A stretch of 64,000 nt of DNA from Candidatus Latescibacterota bacterium (lineage in GTDB: Bacteria > Latescibacterota > UBA2968). The first letter of the stretch is position 1. Every line of letters starts with the position of its first letter. Shown one piece after another: positions 21,238-31,460 of this stretch. The DNA lies in NCBI GenBank assembly GCA_965207885.1, contig OZ242311.1:4928001-4992000 (forward strand), in the 5' to 3' direction. The notes beneath the pieces were generated by a model, which saw nothing but the letters and a program-made list of their open reading frames with translations, did not search any database and had not been told where the DNA came from. The position numbers and the translations under genes were made by a program.

Positions 21238-22515
21238 TCATATTTTCGCCAATAAAATTGGGGCGAGTTTATCTCTTGTTTTGTCTGCCCAGGCTTGCAG
21301 GTGGGTTTTTAAATTTGCAACGGTTTCAGAGCTTGCCATTTCTTGCCAGCGATTTTGACGTTCACCCGAGTCGCTGGGCAAGTGATACAGTTCGGGTTTT
21401 CGCACGGTTGACAAAATCAGTTTCCAATCGCCTGATACCACACACCGCTCTTCTCCTTTATCGAGTTCGGGCTGATTGGGACCTTCGCCTTTTTTATCGA
21501 TAAATGGCGTATTTACTATGACAAGCGCCTCGCGTCCTGTTTTGCCACCCTGTCGGATTGAATCGCTGAGGTCTATACCATCGAGGCCCTCGGAGACTAC
21601 ATATCCCAGGAGGCCGAGAATCGTCGGTATCAAATCGACCGAACTGATGAGGGATTCGTCGATTTCGCCGCTGGAAATCGCTGAAGGAAATCGCATGAGC
21701 AGGGGGATGCGCGCGACGGTATCATAACAGAGGCGTTTGCTGTGGTCATTCCACCGGTGGTCAAAGAGGTGACCGTGTTCGGAGGTAAAGACGACGAGGG
21801 TATTTTCTGCTATTCCTTTGTCATCGAGTGTTTTCAACAGGTCGCCAACTGCATCGTCAATCGCTGTACACATCGCGTAGTATTTGCGCCGTTTTTCGTC
21901 CTCGGGGTAGAGTTTTTGATAAAGTGCTTCGTATTTTTCGGGGACAGAATAAGGCGGATGCGGGGGATAATAGGATACATAAGCACAGAATGGACGCGCG
22001 TCATCTTTGCGAATAAAATCAATGGCGTCTTGTGCCAGCACATCCGTTTGATACACTTTTTTCTCGCCAATGGTGTAATAATGCCCTTGTCCCCGGCCAT
22101 CGCGGGGATATGTGGGCATTGTCTCCCAGGCGTCTCTCGATGGATCTCCCAGATGCCATTTGCCAAAGTAGGCACACCGATATCCCACAGCTTTGAGGAA
22201 ATCGGGAAAAAGCGGTATTTCTGGATCTATATCCCATGTGTTTTCGAGCACGCCGTGATTGTGCGGATAAAGGCCCGAGAAAATTGTGCCGCGATTTGGC
22301 GCGCAGACGGGTTGTGCGGCATAAGCTCTGTCAAATCGCATTCCGTCCGATGCCAACCGATCCAGATTGGGTGTTATAATGCCCTTTTTGCCATAACATC
22401 CCACGCCATCCCGGCGCTGTTGGTCCGTTAAGATGAATAGCAGATTGGGAGGCTCTGCGGTAGCCGCGCTGCCAACTGATCCTGAGAAATTTCTGCGTGA
22501 TACATTTTGTGCCAT
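21238..22515 (-). CDS. Cys-type sulfatase with a vestigial Tat motif
   Basis: SRRNF at the N-terminus, PPNLLFILTDQQR, CAPNR, GKWHLG. Confidence 0.9.
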   Translation of the reverse strand: MAQNVSRRNFSGSVGSAATAEPPNLLFILTDQQRRDGVGCYGKKGIITPNLDRLASDGMRFDRAYAAQPVCAPNRGTIFSGLYPHNHGVLENTWDIDPEIPLFPDFLKAVGYRCAYFGKWHLGDPSRDAWETMPTYPRDGRGQGHYYTIGEKKVYQTDVLAQDAIDFIRKDDARPFCAYVSYYPPHPPYSVPEKYEALYQKLYPEDEKRRKYYAMCTAIDDAVGDLLKTLDDKGIAENTLVVFTSEHGHLFDHRWNDHSKRLCYDTVARIPLLMRFPSAISSGEIDESLISSVDLIPTILGLLGYVVSEGLDGIDLSDSIRQGGKTGREALVIVNTPFIDKKGEGPNQPELDKGEERCVVSGDWKLILSTVRKPELYHLPSDSGERQNRWQEMASSETVANLKTHLQAWADKTRDKLAPILLAKI

Positions 22516-22516
22516 A

Positions 22517-23530
22517 TCAACTCCCATTACATTTCACCAATCGCTTACCAATATTATCACCTCGCAGCATGCCGATGAATGCCTGTGGCGCGTTTTCCAA
22601 TCCCTCGACTATATCTTCCCTGTAATTGAGCCGGCCTTCCTTTAGCCAGACCGACATCTGCTGTAATCCCTCGGCGTGTTGATCTGCGAAATCGCCCACC
22701 AGGAATCCCTGCATGTGCAACCGCTTGCCAATAAAGCCGCCCATCATCCGGGGTCCCATTTCCGGTTCGATGAGGTTGTATTGTGAAATTTGTCCACACA
22801 CCGAAATTCGGCCCCACATGTTCATGAGGGAAAAAACCGCATCGGTAATGCTTCCGCCCACGTTGTCGAAGTACACATCGACGCCATTGGGACATAAGCG
22901 TTGCAATTCGGCGCGGTAATCCGCTGTGGTTTTGTAATTGAATGCGCCATCAAAACCCAGACCGTCAATGGCATAGCCCACTTTTTCATCGCTGCCAGCT
23001 ATGCCAATGGCGCGGCATCCTTTGATTTTTGCAATTTGCCCGACCAGCGATCCCACAGCACCGGCGGCTGCCGAAACCACGACGGTCTCGCCAGCTTTGG
23101 GTTTGCCGACTTCCAGTAAGCCAAAATAGGCTGTCAATCCCGGCATGCCGAGAATGCCGAGTGCGGTTGAAATGGGTCCCAGTGAAGGATCTATTTTTCG
23201 GAGGCCCTGTGCTGAAGAGACCGCGTAAGCCTGCCATCCGTGATCTGCCCAGACAATATCTCCGGGCTGAAACTCAGAATGGTTGGATGCGATTACTTCG
23301 CTTACACTCCGCCCAATCATAACCGCACCAATTTCTACATTTGGCGCGTAGGATTTCCGGTCATTGATGCGCCCGCGCATGTAGGGGTCAACGGAGAGGT
23401 ACTGCGTTTTCAAGAGCAGTTCCCCTTCGCCGGGTTCGGGAATGGGCGATTCTCCAATTGAGAAATCGGATGTTTTGGGATATCCGACTGGACGCGCTGC
23501 CAATCGAATTTGAATATTTTTCTCTACCAT
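22517..23530 (-). CDS. NADP-dependent oxidoreductase (MDR), paralog of 15800-16801
   Basis: SVDPYMRGR, LGMPGLTAYFGL, AAAGAVGS, FDNVGG. Confidence 0.92.
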   Translation of the reverse strand: MVEKNIQIRLAARPVGYPKTSDFSIGESPIPEPGEGELLLKTQYLSVDPYMRGRINDRKSYAPNVEIGAVMIGRSVSEVIASNHSEFQPGDIVWADHGWQAYAVSSAQGLRKIDPSLGPISTALGILGMPGLTAYFGLLEVGKPKAGETVVVSAAAGAVGSLVGQIAKIKGCRAIGIAGSDEKVGYAIDGLGFDGAFNYKTTADYRAELQRLCPNGVDVYFDNVGGSITDAVFSLMNMWGRISVCGQISQYNLIEPEMGPRMMGGFIGKRLHMQGFLVGDFADQHAEGLQQMSVWLKEGRLNYREDIVEGLENAPQAFIGMLRGDNIGKRLVKCNGS

Positions 23531-23568
23531 AGAAATAGTGCTCCTGATTTTTCGGTGGTTTGGATATT

Positions 23569-24597
23569 TTATTCTGCATAAACCGCTTCTCGTATGCCCT
23601 TCAAATATCCGACGGCAAATAGCCGCGCGATGCCTTGTTCGTCGCCAAATTGATCATCTCCCATTTTGGGATAGTGGTCTGGGCGGCACACGCCGTCAAA
23701 TCCGATGTCTCGATACGCGCGCAAACATTCGACGAGGTCTGTTTTGCCATCGTCGTGAAATGTTTCTTCAAATTTATCGGGTTGACCAACGACATCGCGG
23801 ATGTGTAAGAAATGGATTTTTTTCTGTTCGCCAAAGTGCCGGATGACCGAGGGCAAATCGTCTGTCATCAGTGTAAAATTGCCCTGGCAAAGCCCAATGC
23901 CATTCATCGGACTCGGTACGAGGTCAACGAGTTTTTGGTAGTTTTCTACGTTGCTCATAATGCGCGCAATGCCGCGGATGGGCGATAGCGGTGGATCGTC
24001 GGGATGCAGGGCCAGTTTGACATTGGCTTCTTCGGCTACGGGTACAATGCGCTCGAGAAAATACTTCAGGTTGGCCCACTGTTGTTCCTCTGTCACGGTT
24101 TCCGCAGAGATCTCTTGCTGGGCTATTGGTACGCCGTCAATATTGTGTATGGGACGCTCGGCGGGATCGCCTTGCGATTCCAGGGCATTGAGATCAAATC
24201 CACTTACATGCGCGCCGCCTCGAGATGAAATGGATCGGGATGTGCGCATGACCCCCAGAATGGGCATCCACGCATAACACCACACAGGGATTTCGAGCTT
24301 GCCCATGTTCCGAAGCAGTTCACAGACCACCTCAATTTCTTCGTCTCGTCCGGGCAATCCCAGTTTGATCTTTTCCATGGGGGGGCGCGATTCGATGACT
24401 TCAAGAGGTATTCCGGCCGCTTCGTAAGCGGCTTTTGCTTTTGCCAGCGATGTGTGACTCCATGGCTGTTCTTCTGGATCTGCGTCCGGTTTTGGGCGCA
24501 GTGTTATGCCTCCAACCGCGCCTTCGACTCCGCATTGTTTCATGAGTGTCCACCTCTGACTGGCTTGTGGCGGTGCCAGGATAGCAATTCTCAGCAT
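23569..24597 (-). CDS. uxuA: mannonate dehydratase
   Basis: [42 protein letters not shown]. Confidence 0.88.
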   Translation of the reverse strand: MLRIAILAPPQASQRWTLMKQCGVEGAVGGITLRPKPDADPEEQPWSHTSLAKAKAAYEAAGIPLEVIESRPPMEKIKLGLPGRDEEIEVVCELLRNMGKLEIPVWCYAWMPILGVMRTSRSISSRGGAHVSGFDLNALESQGDPAERPIHNIDGVPIAQQEISAETVTEEQQWANLKYFLERIVPVAEEANVKLALHPDDPPLSPIRGIARIMSNVENYQKLVDLVPSPMNGIGLCQGNFTLMTDDLPSVIRHFGEQKKIHFLHIRDVVGQPDKFEETFHDDGKTDLVECLRAYRDIGFDGVCRPDHYPKMGDDQFGDEQGIARLFAVGYLKGIREAVYAE

Positions 24598-24786
24598 GAC
24601 TATTTCCTTTCGCTGTTGGTGTTTTTGCCATTTTTACGCTGCCCAATATATGCAGACCGGATGCGACATGCTATAAAAAATCCATCGCCAGAAGCGCGCT
24701 CTAAATGGCTTTTGAGAAGCTGTGCTCTTGCATATATTGACAATGATAAAAGGCGATCACTAATCGGCATACAAGGAGGCTCTGCT

Positions 24787-25920
24787 ATGACCTATAAACT
24801 GCTGGCGCAGTTGTATCCCGCTTGGAAAATTCTCGCTGTCATCCTGCTGTTCATATCACCTCTTTTTGCTCAGGAGCAAGCTGAAAACCGCTTCCAGAGC
24901 GCGGCGGAGCGTTTTTTTGCGCGCAATGACAAAAATAAAGACGGCAAATTGTCACGAGAGGAATTTCCCGAACGACAACGCCGTCTGTTTGAGCGAATTG
25001 ACACAGATAAAGATGGCTTTGTCACACTCGAAGAAGATATTTTTTATCGCAACAACCGACGGAGGAATACCGTGAATATTCCAGAAGGTGTAACTGTCCA
25101 CCGAGATCTGATCTACGGACGGGTTGGGGAAAGGGAACTCCCCCTCGATCTCTATCTTCCTCCCGATACATCATCTCCTGTGCCCGTGGTGATATGGGTT
25201 CACGGGGGTGGTTGGCGTGGGGGATCTAAAGGCAATGGCGGGCGGGCGCTCAATATGACCAGGCGCAGATTTGCCGTTGTTGATGTGGAATATCGACTTA
25301 GCGGCGAAGCCCTCTTTCCTGCGCAAATAGAAGATTGCAAAACAGCCGTGCGATGGGTGAGGGCAAATGCAAAGAAATACAATCTCGACCCCGACCGTAT
25401 CGGCGCGTGGGGATCGTCTGCTGGGGGGCATCTCGTGGCGATGATGGGTTTAACGCATGATGAAAATGTATTTGAGACGGATGATCACAGCCAATATTCG
25501 AGTCAGGTGCAGGCGATATGCAACTGGTTTGGTCCTACAGATTTTTTGCGTATGAATGATTTTGAAGGTCGAATTGATCACGACGCAGCCGATTCTCCCG
25601 AGTCCAGACTAATTGGTGGTCTCATTCAGGAAAATAAGGAGAAAGTCGCCGCGGCCAATCCCATTACTTATGTCAGCAAAAACGATCCGCCCATGTTCAT
25701 CATGCACGGGGAGAAAGATCTGTCGGTTCCGTATAACCAGAGTGAGTTGCTCTATGCTGCGATGCAAAAAGCGGGTTTGGATGTCACGCTCTACAAGGTT
25801 GTCAATGCCGATCACGGCTTTCGCAATGCCACGCAAGATAGCGCGGCATCGCTCTTTGAAATGTCCGCTCAATTTTTAGAAAAGCATCTCAAACCCCAAA
25901 CGGATGCCGCATCGCCATAA
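24787..25920 (+). CDS. secreted alpha/beta hydrolase with N-terminal EF-hand pair
   Basis: Signal peptide, [12 protein letters not shown] and [14 protein letters not shown]-hands, [13 protein letters not shown]; AAGGAGG RBS. Confidence 0.88.
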   Translation: MTYKLLAQLYPAWKILAVILLFISPLFAQEQAENRFQSAAERFFARNDKNKDGKLSREEFPERQRRLFERIDTDKDGFVTLEEDIFYRNNRRRNTVNIPEGVTVHRDLIYGRVGERELPLDLYLPPDTSSPVPVVIWVHGGGWRGGSKGNGGRALNMTRRRFAVVDVEYRLSGEALFPAQIEDCKTAVRWVRANAKKYNLDPDRIGAWGSSAGGHLVAMMGLTHDENVFETDDHSQYSSQVQAICNWFGPTDFLRMNDFEGRIDHDAADSPESRLIGGLIQENKEKVAAANPITYVSKNDPPMFIMHGEKDLSVPYNQSELLYAAMQKAGLDVTLYKVVNADHGFRNATQDSAASLFEMSAQFLEKHLKPQTDAASP

Positions 25921-25940
25921 AGGGTATAATGTGAATGAAT

Positions 25941-25979
25941 AAGCCCTGGAGAACTCAATCTCCAGGGCTTTTGTTTTTT
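25941..25979 (+). terminator. intrinsic terminator
   Basis: AAGCCCTGGAGA-loop-TCTCCAGGGCTT plus T run. Confidence 0.85.
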
Positions 25980-25996
25980 GAAGAGACCGCAGTCAG

Positions 25997-26602
25997 CTAA
26001 CGAAACTCCAAACTCGCCACAATTTGCTCATATTCGGTTAGTGGATAGCCTGCATCCCGGCTACCGTTGCCGATCATGTAATACCCCACCCCATTGTGGA
26101 TGGCTATGGCTACGAGAAATCGGGTGCCGGGATATGCTCGGTTGGAGCGTTCTATTTGAGAATAGCGAAATTGCCACTGAATCGCCTCGCCCACCTTGAG
26201 TTGGATGCGATGTTTTTCGCCGATAACGCGATATTCATCAAATGCTGGTACCAGGAATCGGTCTTCAAAAGCCTGAACGAGTTGATCCAGTGTCATTGTG
26301 TTGAATTCGGCTCGTAGTGCTTGTGGCTCCAGGCGCATTTGTGGACGAAAGTCACTCGTAAGCCCAGGACTGAGAATGCGTACGGTTACGGGCGATAAAC
26401 CATTGATGTCTCTTTGTGATGTAATAGTTGCGACATCGATACCCCACTGTTCGCTGGGACGACTGACTCGAAATCCCCATGAGTTGTTGGTATAAACAAG
26501 CCCGTCTAAACTGGGTTCAGGCTCTGTGGGGATTGGTTTACACCCAGAAGTTGCCAACAGGCTACACAGAGCCAAAGCGCAAAATATTCGGATGTGTATC
26601 AT
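25997..26602 (-). CDS. lipoprotein, possibly PsbP/DcrB-like fold
   Basis: Hydrophobic signal ending in a TSGC lipobox; AAGGAG RBS; YTN..WGF.VS.P..W start and IVASLEF end. Confidence 0.7.
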   Translation of the reverse strand: MIHIRIFCALALCSLLATSGCKPIPTEPEPSLDGLVYTNNSWGFRVSRPSEQWGIDVATITSQRDINGLSPVTVRILSPGLTSDFRPQMRLEPQALRAEFNTMTLDQLVQAFEDRFLVPAFDEYRVIGEKHRIQLKVGEAIQWQFRYSQIERSNRAYPGTRFLVAIAIHNGVGYYMIGNGSRDAGYPLTEYEQIVASLEFR

Positions 26603-26646
26603 ATCGATCTCCTTTTCGATCAATCGCGAAAGCAAACAGGTACTGA

Positions 26647-29562
26647 TTATTTGACGCCAGATGGCCTGGCTGTGTTCCTGTCGCGTTGGAGCAATTCTGG
26701 ATGCAGGCGATAAAATATCGCTTCTATCTGCTTCAGACCCTCTGCTTGCACCACAAAACGCCCATCGATTACGACAGTCGGTGATCTTGTCGGTATCACG
26801 CCCAGTGCTCGAGCAGTGGCGTGTATTTCTGTTCTGTTGTCTGTTCCGCTGACGTCAATGCCCATCTGTTTTAAGCAGTTTACTACAGAAGATGTGTCGG
26901 AAGTAGTCTTCTGTTTGTGGCATAATAGCGCGTCAACTATCCGCTCTGGAGCGGTCTGTTGTGCCTGCCGAAATAGCGCGTTTTGTTTGTCATTGCCCAC
27001 AAAATGCAGGCGTAAGCGCTCGGGTGCATTAACTTTTTTGCCCCATTGCAAGAGTCGTTCTGCTATTTGTAGTGCTGGAGACACACTAACATCCATAAAC
27101 AGGTCCATACCATCTAATTTCTGGCCTTGAAAAACCCGCGCAATGGGTGTCAATAGCACAGTTGGTACAAAATGATCGCCAACGCGCTGCATCAGGTGTG
27201 CAAACCGATTAAAATGGGCTGTTTTCTCAAATTCATTATTCAGCACATAAGCTGGCACCCGATCCAGCCTATAACGCGCAATCAGGTTCTGTCCCATCTC
27301 GCTGTTCACATCTACGGTTTGGAACTCAGCACCGGGAAAGAGCGATAGTGTGGATCGAATAAACGAATATGTATCACACACTGCACAGGTCGCGTCGTTG
27401 AGAATGGCCGTTTGAAAGGAAATGGGATCGCGCACTTCGCATTGCGCGCGCGGTGTTCCGCCGTTTAAGCACAGGCCAACTTTGCCCGTATGTACACAAT
27501 CCCGATCGCTGATGCACTCGGGAACATCGGCGCAAAAGGGTAAATTTTTATTGTTGCGACAGATGAACTGCGCCACCTCAGGAGAAGAAGTTTTGACATC
27601 GCGCCCATTTACGCGCAATGTGGGCGATGCGTTGATCCCCAGCAGATTGGCTCTGCGAATATTTTCGGCAAATAATGCTTCACCCGCATCGCTTTCGGAC
27701 AACTCGGCGATTTTGTCTGTGTTCATGTTCACCTGTGTTGCACAAACGCGCCAATCGGTTGCAATGCCCGATTTATTGCGACACAAAATGTAATCCCAGA
27801 ACCGATCGGGATAAAGCGACATCACAACGGTTTGTCGAATGCCTTCGGCTATTTCTCTATCGCCGTGTAAACTGCGAAAGCGACCCGATCCCGTCGAGGT
27901 CGTCGCCTGACATCCCGGCTGTGTTGTCCGTGTCGTGCGTGCGGCAGGAGGAGGCGATGCGTCATGCTTTGCACTTGCTTCGTCTGCGATAAAATACAGA
28001 TGAAAGTCGATTTGATCCCTCAGTTTGCGAAACAGAGGGGCAAGGGTTTGTTCTGCATGTATGCCATAGGGACAATCTGCCATCACAAATAGCTCGACGA
28101 GGGGGCGACCATTTTGGCTCTGCCCTGTTTCACCGTGCCCTGTGTCCAATTTGGTTATTGCGTGCGAAGAGCCGTGCCCCTTGTGATTCACTTCTGCCAG
28201 CATATCAGCAAATCGGGTGTCAAAGTCGGGCGTCTGGTTTGCATCGTGACAGCGCTGGCACAAATCGGGAGATGGCGTGCGGCGAATATTGCGGGTTTCT
28301 GGACGCCGAGCGTGTTGTTCTCCCGGTCCGTGGCACACTTCGCATTGCACATTTGTAAGCCGTTTGACATCTTTGCCAATTTTGAACCCCGTGGGATATC
28401 CAAATCCCGTTGTATGACACGTTACGCAGTCGGGCTGATAGTGTTTTTGTTTTTGCAACAAGCGATTAAATGCATTTGCATGATGCGACTGTTCCCAGTC
28501 TGCTACCTCGGCAGCGTGACATCCTTTACACGTTTCTACCCCGACATATCTATTGGTGCCCTGACGCACCTGATCTTCCAGTGCAAATCCCGCAAATCTC
28601 GGTCGCGCTGTCTGCTGCAACGCCGAATTTTTTTGAACCAGATTGTAGAATTCATCCACGAGCCGCTTTACTGTGCGGTCTTCGCCAATGGATTCTGAGA
28701 GCAATACAGAGGTGATTTTTTCTGCTGTCACCCGTCCATTTTCTACGTTTAAGATCGCCTGTCCAATTGCCTTGCCCTGAGGCTGGATGCCCAGCAACAG
28801 GGTATTGCCGATCCGATGGGTTGTCTCGGTAGATCGCGTGCTGATCACGATATCTATATCGGCGATATTTTGTACGAGGTCGCGTTCTGTCTCTCGATCC
28901 AAATCGCTCAATACAACTATGAGATCGGTCTTTTGACGCACAGATGCGACCGCTTCCTGGATGCCATCGAGTTTAACATCTATGCCATCGGGCATATTTA
29001 TGTGTGAGGTACCTGCCCCCATTGCCATACCGTGTACTTCAATGTCCCGTTCACCCGCCACACCTATGATACCTACGCGCACATCGCCCGCGTCCAGAAT
29101 TCGTACGGGTGCCCCCATTTGCACATCGTTTATCTTCAAGTTTGCACTTACAAAAGGGACGCCGATCGAATCGCGCATGGTTTCAAAGAACGCTTGTCCA
29201 AATCGCAATTCTCCCACACCGATATTGGCGGCGTCGTAATGGATGGCTTTCATGGCTTTCAAATGTATTTTGCAACGCAATTGGTCCAATACAGTATCGC
29301 CTGCAAATAGACCGCCGGCATCTAATAACAGGGCATTGGGATACGATCGCTTTAAGTCATTTACCATTGTCGCACGCCGCGCAATGCCGCCGAGCTGATT
29401 GTCCGCACAACCACACACTTCCAGAAAACTCTGTGTGTCTCCTGTATAAAGCAATACTACTTCCGCCGCTCTACTTTGCCCGATGAGACAAAAGACAGCT
29501 AATAGGAGACACAAAACGAAGGGAGATCTTTCACAATCCCATCTGTGTTCATCTGTGTTCAT
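26647..29562 (-). CDS. secreted multidomain protein: UshA-like (metal-site-degenerate) domain, tetraheme cytochrome c, thioredoxin-like domains
   Basis: LEVCGC..QLGGIARR; four CxxCH (CKGCH, CVTCH, CEVCH, CQRCH); VELFVMADCPYG, SPTLRVNG, CAVC..VPAY, SPTVVIDG; start uncertain (ORF track gives 29631). Confidence 0.8.
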   Translation of the reverse strand: MNTDEHRWDCERSPFVLCLLLAVFCLIGQSRAAEVVLLYTGDTQSFLEVCGCADNQLGGIARRATMVNDLKRSYPNALLLDAGGLFAGDTVLDQLRCKIHLKAMKAIHYDAANIGVGELRFGQAFFETMRDSIGVPFVSANLKINDVQMGAPVRILDAGDVRVGIIGVAGERDIEVHGMAMGAGTSHINMPDGIDVKLDGIQEAVASVRQKTDLIVVLSDLDRETERDLVQNIADIDIVISTRSTETTHRIGNTLLLGIQPQGKAIGQAILNVENGRVTAEKITSVLLSESIGEDRTVKRLVDEFYNLVQKNSALQQTARPRFAGFALEDQVRQGTNRYVGVETCKGCHAAEVADWEQSHHANAFNRLLQKQKHYQPDCVTCHTTGFGYPTGFKIGKDVKRLTNVQCEVCHGPGEQHARRPETRNIRRTPSPDLCQRCHDANQTPDFDTRFADMLAEVNHKGHGSSHAITKLDTGHGETGQSQNGRPLVELFVMADCPYGIHAEQTLAPLFRKLRDQIDFHLYFIADEASAKHDASPPPAARTTRTTQPGCQATTSTGSGRFRSLHGDREIAEGIRQTVVMSLYPDRFWDYILCRNKSGIATDWRVCATQVNMNTDKIAELSESDAGEALFAENIRRANLLGINASPTLRVNGRDVKTSSPEVAQFICRNNKNLPFCADVPECISDRDCVHTGKVGLCLNGGTPRAQCEVRDPISFQTAILNDATCAVCDTYSFIRSTLSLFPGAEFQTVDVNSEMGQNLIARYRLDRVPAYVLNNEFEKTAHFNRFAHLMQRVGDHFVPTVLLTPIARVFQGQKLDGMDLFMDVSVSPALQIAERLLQWGKKVNAPERLRLHFVGNDKQNALFRQAQQTAPERIVDALLCHKQKTTSDTSSVVNCLKQMGIDVSGTDNRTEIHATARALGVIPTRSPTVVIDGRFVVQAEGLKQIEAIFYRLHPELLQRDRNTARPSGVK

Positions 29563-29570
29563 CTGTGGTT
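29540..29570. repeat. 10-bp tandem repeat CATCTGTGTT (about 3 units)
   Basis: CATCTGTGTT CATCTGTGTT CATCTGTGGTT seen directly. Confidence 0.9.
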
Positions 29571-29589
29571 GCTTTCTGAATTTACCTTG

Positions 29590-29619
29590 AAAAAAAGGCC
29601 CGATAAGAATATCGGGCCT
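29590..29619 (-). terminator. intrinsic terminator after lepB
   Basis: AGGCCCGATA-AGAA-TATCGGGCCT with a T run on the minus strand. Confidence 0.8.
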
Positions 29620-29640
29620 CACAGATACCATTTTTTTGGG

Positions 29641-30306
29641 TTATTCCAACAAGCCCAACCTGCTCCAACGGATTTTTTCAAAAATATTCCACAGAGGCTT
29701 TTGGCTATCCCAGGAATAATAAATAAATAATGGGTGGGCTTTTACTTTTTCCAGGGAGACCATCCCCCAAAATCGGCTGTCGTAACTGCTGTCGCGATTG
29801 TCTCCCATCGCAAAAAAGTGTCCCGGTGGCACTGTGCGAGGTCCGTAGTTGTCTCGTGGGCTATGCTGTTTGTGTTCTACTCTGGGGTCTTCGTGCTTAA
29901 CGCCTTCTGGATTCTCAAATCGCTTTCCATCTACATATACAATTTTGTTTTTGATTTCCACTGTCTGCCCTTCAACCGCAATACACCGCTTGATAAAATC
30001 GCGCGACTCATCCCGGGGAAATTCAAAAATCACCAGATCTCCCGGTTGAGGGGTTGAAAATCCCGGTACGCGAAATGAGGGCAATTTAGTGTTCAGAATC
30101 GGCACACGGTCGGGTATTTGCGTGCCGAAGGTCAGTTTATCACCCAGTACATAATCGCCTTCTAATAGCGTATCTTCCATCGATCCCGAGGGAATGTGAT
30201 ACGCTTGTACAAGCGTCCCCCGGATCAAAATGGCTAAAAATATGGCGATTCCAAATTCTCGCAAGTTACTCCGTTTTCGCTTCTTTTTATTCTTTCTCTT
30301 TAGCAT
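29641..30306 (-). CDS. lepB: signal peptidase I
   Basis: IPSGSMEDTL (catalytic Ser), DFIKR (catalytic Lys), MGDNRDSSYDSR. Confidence 0.95.
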   Translation of the reverse strand: MLKRKNKKKRKRSNLREFGIAIFLAILIRGTLVQAYHIPSGSMEDTLLEGDYVLGDKLTFGTQIPDRVPILNTKLPSFRVPGFSTPQPGDLVIFEFPRDESRDFIKRCIAVEGQTVEIKNKIVYVDGKRFENPEGVKHEDPRVEHKQHSPRDNYGPRTVPPGHFFAMGDNRDSSYDSRFWGMVSLEKVKAHPLFIYYSWDSQKPLWNIFEKIRWSRLGLLE

Positions 30307-30384
30307 AGTCCTTCCATTGTGGTGAGTTGTCGGTTATACTGTGTCGTGCCCTGCAAGGGCGGTAACTGATCTGGCTGCTTTCTT

Positions 30385-31362
30385 TCAACGATTTTGCGAA
30401 AAATAAGTTCGTTCGGGTTGGCCTGTTTCAGCAGATTTGTTTGCCGCGAGCGAAATATCGAGGCTGCGCAAACCGTCTTCAAAGTCAGACAAGATTCCCG
30501 ATCCATCTCCCGAACGAATTGCTGCCATAAATACTTCGTCAATATCTTCCGATTCGAGCATTTCGCCGATCTCAGCTGCACTGCCTGGAAATACAGTTAC
30601 GCCATTTCCATCGACGGTCGCTCGCATATCGCGCATGATGATATCAATGCCATTTGAGCCACCGCCATTGCGGAGAACGCATGTGGAACTCAGCGTGCCC
30701 ACAGCACCCTTTTCAAATTTGAGCGATAGGGCATATACATCGGGGATATCGAGATTTTCGACATCGTTCAATGCGCGGGTGGCGTAATACGCGTGTACTT
30801 CTGCAACATCGCCCACGAGGTAACGCAATAAGTCGATCTGATGTGTGGTCTGTTCGACAATCTGCCCACCCGACTGCGCCATCACGCGCCACCACGGCGT
30901 GCCCGGCAAACCGCCCCAGCGATAGGCCAGGGCCATGGCGACGGTCTTGTCTTTTAAAAATTCACGCCCCTGTTTTGCCCATCCCGTATATCGCTGTTGA
31001 TAGCCCACAGATGTCAGCACACCCGATTTTTGAATGGCTTCCAGAATTTCCAATCCCTTTTCCATTGACGGCACTACGGGTTTTTCCAACAACATGTGTA
31101 CGCCCTGTTGCGCCGCCAAAATCTCTGCATCATAATGTGCAAATGTCGGCACGACCACATACATCGCGGTCAAATTTTCACTGTCCAGCATCACGCGATA
31201 GTCGGTATAAGCCGTGCCACCAAATTCCGAAGTTGCGCTTTGTGCGGTTTCTTCTTTTATGTCACAAATTGCAACGATCTCGACATCTTCTATATTGGCT
31301 AACGCGCGCATGTGCGACCGCGCACGCCCTCCAGCGCCCACAAAACCCACATTAATGCCCAT
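30385..31362 (-). CDS. Gfo/Idh/MocA oxidoreductase
   Basis: GFVGAGG, EKP, SGGQIVEQTTH. Confidence 0.9.
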   Translation of the reverse strand: MGINVGFVGAGGRARSHMRALANIEDVEIVAICDIKEETAQSATSEFGGTAYTDYRVMLDSENLTAMYVVVPTFAHYDAEILAAQQGVHMLLEKPVVPSMEKGLEILEAIQKSGVLTSVGYQQRYTGWAKQGREFLKDKTVAMALAYRWGGLPGTPWWRVMAQSGGQIVEQTTHQIDLLRYLVGDVAEVHAYYATRALNDVENLDIPDVYALSLKFEKGAVGTLSSTCVLRNGGGSNGIDIIMRDMRATVDGNGVTVFPGSAAEIGEMLESEDIDEVFMAAIRSGDGSGILSDFEDGLRSLDISLAANKSAETGQPERTYFSQNR

Positions 31363-31460
31363 TTATATCCTCCATAGTATTCTTTTGTTCAAAAATAGAC
31401 TGCATGGCCAGAACTGTCAAGAGGCATGCTTTTTATTAAGCTGTGTTGTAACAAATTGTA

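Noticed and set aside
24454-24786. N-terminal extension of the EF-hand hydrolase in the ORF track
   Set aside because: It overlaps the divergent uxuA start; the RBS and signal peptide point to ATG 24787
26647-29562. Selenoprotein call for the UshA-like cytochrome
   Set aside because: The CGC motif is encoded by Cys codons here; there is no in-frame TGA
29540-29570. CRISPR array
   Set aside because: 10-bp units with no spacers; a simple tandem repeat
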